From NCBI RefSeq assembly GCF_009914755.1, contig NC_060935.1: DNA of 64,000 bases; one strand, 5' to 3'. Origin of the DNA: the human T2T-CHM13v2.0 reference genome, Homo sapiens. Shown here in pieces: positions 58,025 to 64,000 of the stretch. A program made the position numbers and the translations under genes. The notes under the pieces were generated by a model. The model was not told the origin of the DNA and searched no databases. It saw only the letters and a program-made list of their open reading frames with translations. Every line of letters starts with the position of its first letter. Position 1 is the first letter of the stretch.

Positions 58025-58197
58025 CTACTAATATTAAAAAGTCAAAAAATAACAGATGCTGATGAGGCTATGGAGAAAAGGAAACATTTATACACTGCTG
58101 GTGGGAATGTAAATTAGTTCAGCCACTGTGGAAAGCAGTTTGGAGATTTTTCACAGAACTAAAAAAAGAATTGTCATTTGATGCAGCAATCCCATTA

Positions 58198-58510
<313 letters not shown>

Positions 58511-60689
58511 CACACACACACACACACAAAACCCCACAAAACAAAACAGAAAGCAAAAGAAAAGAAATAATTCTATCATGGCAGTATTCACAATAGCAGA
58601 GACATGGAATCAACCTAGGTACCCAACAACAGTGGATTGAATAAAGAAAACGTGATACACATGCACCGTGGAATACTACACAGCTATACAAAAGAATGAA
58701 ATCATGTCCTTTGTAGCAACATGGATGCAGCTGGAAGCTATTATCCTAAGCAAATTAACACCGGAACAGGAATACTGCATATCGTCACTTTTAAGTGTAA
58801 GCTAAACAATGGGTATTCATGGACATAAAGATGGCGATAATAGACACTGGTGACTACTAAAGAAGGGAGGCATGGAGGAGGGATAAAGGGTTGCAAAACT
58901 ATTTGATACTATGCTCACTACCTGGGTGGGGGATAAATTGTACTCCGAACCTCTGCATTATCCAATATACTCATGTAACAAACCTGCATGTGTACCCCTG
59001 AAACTAAAAAAAAAGTTGAAATTATAAAAACATTTAAAAGGAATAGTAAAAAAGAAAACCATGCATTCGTGTATAACACAAATACTAACAAAAAAGTTAA
59101 TGTAGCAAAATTAACATAGGACAAAATAGTTCTTAAGGCAAAAAACATTTCAGGAATAAAGAGAGAAACCACACACACACAAATGTAACCACGGATCAAG
59201 AAGATATAACAATAATGAAATTACATGCTTCTAATACAATTATCATACATTGCAACACTGAAAGAAATGAAGTAAACGTTGACAGAATTATAAGGAGAAA
59301 GTCAAAAAACCATAGTAGGAGATAAACACAACTTACAAATCCAGCAGACAAAAATTAGAATGGCAATAGCAGCTTTGAATAATAAAATTAGCCAGTGTGA
59401 TATATGTATATGTATATATCTAAAAACTTTACACTCAAGTGCATATGTTATTTTCAAGTATAGACAGAACCTTTGTAAAATTTGAACATGAAGGCAAAGA
59501 GGAAATCTCAACAACTTTCAAAGAATTGCTATCCTACTGATCACAATATCTTACCACACAATTAAATTAAAAATAATTTAAATGATAAAAAGTAGTTTAG
59601 CAATCCTACTCTCTTTCTCTTCTTACTTATCAGGAAACTGAAGAATGACACTCTGAATAACTCATGAATTAAAGAAGAAATAAATACCATATTAATAACA
59701 TTTATAACAACAATAATATATAAATATTTGATCTAATTAAAGTGGTGTCTACAGGTAAATATATAGCTTAATTGCATTTATTATAAACAAAAAATGAAAA
59801 TAAATGTATGGTATTATATTAAAAATAGCTTTAAAAGAATAATGAAGCAATCTATGAAGGTGGAAGGAGGGAAATAATAAATATAAGAGCAAGAATTAAT
59901 GAAATAGAAAATAAGATAGAAAACCAAAGTTTGTTTTTGGAAAAAAGGAAAACAATAAAATAGGCAAACCCTAGCAAGATTTACCACTAAATAAGAAAAG
60001 ATATATGGGTAAGTAATATTAAGAACAAAAGCTTGGTCAACACACAGGATCTTAAATATCTTGAATATCTGGATTTATGAGAGGTGGCATTACCAATTGA
60101 TGGAGAAGGATATTATCAACATGAAAAAAGCCCCTAAATTTAAATGTCTACTTCATAGCATACACAAAGATCAAGTCCAGTTACATTAAAGACTAAGTAT
60201 AAAAATCAAAATCCAAGCATTTTTTAGAATACATTTTAGTCAAGGCGCAAAAGCACAAGCCATACAGGAAAAGATTTGTACATTTTACTACATAAAACTT
60301 AAAGATGTTAAATGAAAACAACAACAACAGCAAACTCAATATAAACAAAGTTAAAAGACTGGGAACATATTGATTATAAAACAAAGTATGAGTTTTTAGA
60401 AAACACAAATAATGTCTACAAATTATTAAAAAATGGTTAAAAACTACTGAATAGAAAACTGAAAGTGCATAAGAACGGGAATCCATTTGGCCAATAAACA
60501 TTTGACAAGATGCCTAACCCACAGATGGCGGAAACTGTCAGAGGGTTGTAATTACATCGTGCTGGTTTTGTATGAGAAATTGGTAACTCTCAAACACTGC
60601 TGGTGGGAATATAGTTGGGGCAACCCCTTTGGAGAGTAATTCAGCATTGTTTAGTGATGTGAGATGTGTCCATTTAGGTCACCCTCAAG

Positions 60690-60870
60690 CAGCAGTTCTC
60701 AAACTTTAGCTTGATTCAGCATCACCCGGAGGGCTTGTTAAAGCACGTATTGCTAGACCCCACTCCTAGAGTTTCTGGTTCAGTAGGTCCGAGGAAGGAG
60801 TGGATTTGCATTTCCAACATGTTCCCAGGTGATGCTGCTGCTGCAGGCGACCACACTTTGAGAACCACTC
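60690..60870. mobile_element. MER5A MITE within old L1M
   Basis: TIRs CAGCAGTTCTCAAA / TTTGAGAACCACT. Confidence 0.85.
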
Positions 60871-61704
60871 CTTTAGACAGCCTTTTGCAGATGCGCACAA
60901 TAAGACGAGTCATGAGAATGTTTATTGTGAGGAATAGTAGAAAATTAGACACATCTTCAATGCCTATTAATGAGAGAATGAATAAGTATACAGTTTTAAA
61001 AAATACAACAGAAGATACATGGAAATTAAAATGAATGAGCTAGAGCTGCAAGTATCAACATAAAAATATTAAAAACAACGCTCTAAGAAGAAAGCAAATT
61101 GCAAAGTGTAGAGGTTAATCCACTATACCTATTTTAAAATATGCAAAATAAAATAAAATAATGTTCATGGATGACAAATAGTATGAATCATTTGTGAGCA
61201 TGATAAATACTGAATTTACCATATTGGTTAATTTTGAGGAGGAGGGGAGGGTGCAAGGGTGATGGGACTGAAAACAAACAGAAGGCCTCAACTGTATCTA
61301 CATTTTTATCTGTCTATCATCGATTTATCTATCTATCTTCACCATTATAATCATGATCATCATCATCTATTAATATATATATGTCTTTGTTTCTCTCAGT
61401 CTATCAATCATATTTTTACAAAAAAAGGATGTGGAATAATTATTGCCAAAAGTTAATAATTGATAAAGCTGGATAGCAGTAAACATTATATTATGTTCCT
61501 TCTTGTGTATAAAGTTGATTATTTCATGATAAAAATACAATGAAAAGAAATGCCTGCAAAAAATACTGTGCCAGACTCTGTTTCTGAATGCTGTTAAGGC
61601 TGAAAAACAACATGTTGAGATTGAGCCTCTACTGTGGAATGAGATTTATATATGATCTTGTAGACCTCATCATCATCATCATAATATATTAAAATTGGAA
61701 GTAC

Positions 61705-62410
61705 AGTGAATGATTTCAAATCTCTTCTCAGAGTGGTGGTGAAGGTTCTTGGCTTTTTGTTCTAGTCTGTGTTCTTCCTTTGCCAGTGTTGGTTCTGTAG
61801 CGCCTCCTCCGATGTGTCCCGGTTTCTAGGTTGGGATATTTGATTCCTCGGGCAAGAGGAAAATAATAGGAATATGATCATTCAAAGCCTCTTTTATTAC
61901 TTTCACACACAGAGGAGAATTCTGCCTTTAATTGCTCAGTTTCTGAACTTTTGTGATGTGAAACTGGGACAACAGATAGAGTGGCAAAACTCAAGGAGCT
62001 ATCAAGGCTGTACTGGTTTACACTGTAAAGCCAGAAAGACATAGTGTTCCAGAAAGGAGAGGAGAAAGGCAGGAACCAGTGGGGCCTGGGCTGGAGAGCA
62101 GAGGTTTGGAGTTTGCCTCTATTTCCTTTGTTCTCCAGGTGGCTGTTTCCCTCTGAATGTCCTTGGCCTGAAGACATGGTGTTCTTCCTAGTTGCTTTTG
62201 ATCAGCCTTACATGTGAATGCAGAAGAGGATTTTTTAATTTTTAAATTTTTTTTATTTTTTAGATTTGCAGAGTGAGAGTCATTGACAGATTGGGTCAGA
62301 GCTGCAAAGAGGTTTTTCCATTGAGTGGGAATGCAGATACGGCACGGTTCAACATCCTTCCTGCCTAGAGCAGCCTGAAGTGTCGTGGTATAATGATCTT
62401 ATGTCTACTG
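61705..62410 (-). pseudogene. Two candidate pseudo-exons (~62410-62212 and 62022-~61705)
   Basis: Donor CAT|GTAAGG; strong acceptor TCTTTCTGGCTTTACAG|; long near-open frames with retained CpGs. Confidence 0.4.
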
Positions 62411-62541
62411 TCAGGTGGACAAAGCCCTCAACTTTGTTTCCTTATTTATCTCTAAGTACATCCTTGTCATGTAGTTTTATTTTCCTAATTTTAGAAAGGT
62501 AGCAAGTCTATGAAGAGGCTTATGTAGGATTCAAGTCCAAG

Positions 62542-63014
62542 TGTTAAAGCAAACTAAATATGGCCTGAGAAGGACTCTGTACTTCTATAGCTGAGTCCTC
62601 GTGGATGAGCTGTAACCTAGCGTAATAGATTACAGTGGAACAACAATTATATACAATTTTGTAGACCTCATCATCATAATATATAAAATTGAAAACCTAA
62701 CTTACTAGTGTGCACCTGTAACAATAGCTGCGTGTTGGCTAATCCTAGCGGCCATACTTCAACCACTCACAGACTGTTGAATATTACTGCCTTCAAATAA
62801 GGCAAACGTCCAGCTGTAACCAATCTCACTGTTTCTCACTTCCGATTTCTGTATATCACTTTACCTTTTTTGTCTATACATTTGTTCTGATCACGAGGCA
62901 CCCCTAGAGTCTCTGTGAATCTGCTGTGATTCTGGGGGCTACCCAATCCACGAATTGTTCATTGCTCAACTAAACTCTTTTAAATTTAATTCAGCTAAAG
63001 TTTTTCTTTTATCA
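62542..63014 (+). mobile_element. MER57 (ERV1) solo LTR
   Basis: TGTTAAAGCAAACTAAATATGGCCTGAGAAGG start, ...TTTTATCA end, 4-bp TSD CAAG. Confidence 0.88.
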
Positions 63015-64000
63015 CAAGTCTGTGATGTTTTACACTGAGCAGTACTGCACTAGGCTTTTTGGGAATGCAGAAAATATAAGACATGGCCCTGTGGTAAAAG
63101 ATCTTTATTGTTTATTTGGGAAGACAAGATATTTGCACCTGATACATTAAGGCTGGACCCAAGTCATACAAAATCAAAGAAAATGATCCTATGCGTTGAA
63201 GATGTGTTAAAGAACAAGTCATCTATATTGCCTTTGGGCTTTGCCAGCTTTGGTCCAGCTGCCTTCTGTGATCAAACACAGTGGATACTCACCATCCTTG
63301 ATGTTCTTTTTGCTTTATATTGAAATAACACTGTATTTCCCTTTTGGAGAAAACAATTGCCCAGCCTGTAAACAATCATCAAATGCCCCAGATTAACTCT
63401 TTGAAAGGAAGGCAATTTGGCACAGCAACATTCAGGTTAAAAGTGACCCTAAGTCACAGCCTCTATGGAATTGTGAGCTCCTTAAGGGTTGAAGCTGGTA
63501 CTTCACATCTATATTGCACAGAGCCTGGCCCAGAGTGGCTACTCAGTAATGTCTGGTGTTATCATTGCAGATTATTTTCCAGAAGTGGGGGATAGGGGGC
63601 AGGTAGGTGGATGGTGATATCTGACCCACTCTATTGAGGAAGGCCTCACTGCATCTGTGATAAATCTGAACTCTATAGATTTCGTGTCACCATATTCTAG
63701 AGTAGTTTGGAGTCAGAGACCTTGGCAAAGAGTCTAGCTGTCACGGAATCTTCCCTGGTTGGCCCCTCATCCTCCACTCTGAGGCATCCGTCGTCCTAAT
63801 CTACAGATTTGGAACTCCCACGTAGCTTCTGCATACCCTCTGGGACAAAGTTTTTCATAATTTATTATTTTCTTTTCTTTGTTGTCTGAGAGCTTTAAAC
63901 CTCCATGGAGAAATGGTCCCATGGGTCACCCCTGGGAGAGTTACAGGCACATACGTGGAGTATGAGGCATCTTATAGCCAGCTACAATTCTTGTTACTTC

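Overview
Primate genomic DNA, hominid and most likely human, judged from AluY, L1PA2 and THE1 content. It is repeat-dominated: about 22 Alu or Alu-derived elements, two full-length L1s in tandem on the minus strand, truncated L1s, HAL1/L2/MIR relics, MaLR/MLT2/MER57 LTRs and DNA-transposon MITEs. There is no intact cellular protein-coding gene. A complete processed cytochrome c (CYCS) pseudogene with an ancestral-type sequence lies at 47.6-49.0 kb. The main hidden signal is in the non-repeat islands. They read as GT-AG bounded, mostly phase-compatible, decayed coding exons of a large minus-strand gene. Two of these exons splice into a peptide that aligns almost without gaps to the PHF3/DIDO1/SPOCD1-type SPOC domain, suggesting a lost (unitary-pseudogene) SPOC gene. 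Also seen: three templated-insertion scars, an apparent Alu insertion-mediated deletion, an open L1 ORF0, a variant-rich interstitial telomeric array and a solo Hsmar1 TIR. Repeat subfamily calls and reference protein or UTR comparisons come from memory of consensus sequences, not from searches. Boundaries of old repeats are approximate.
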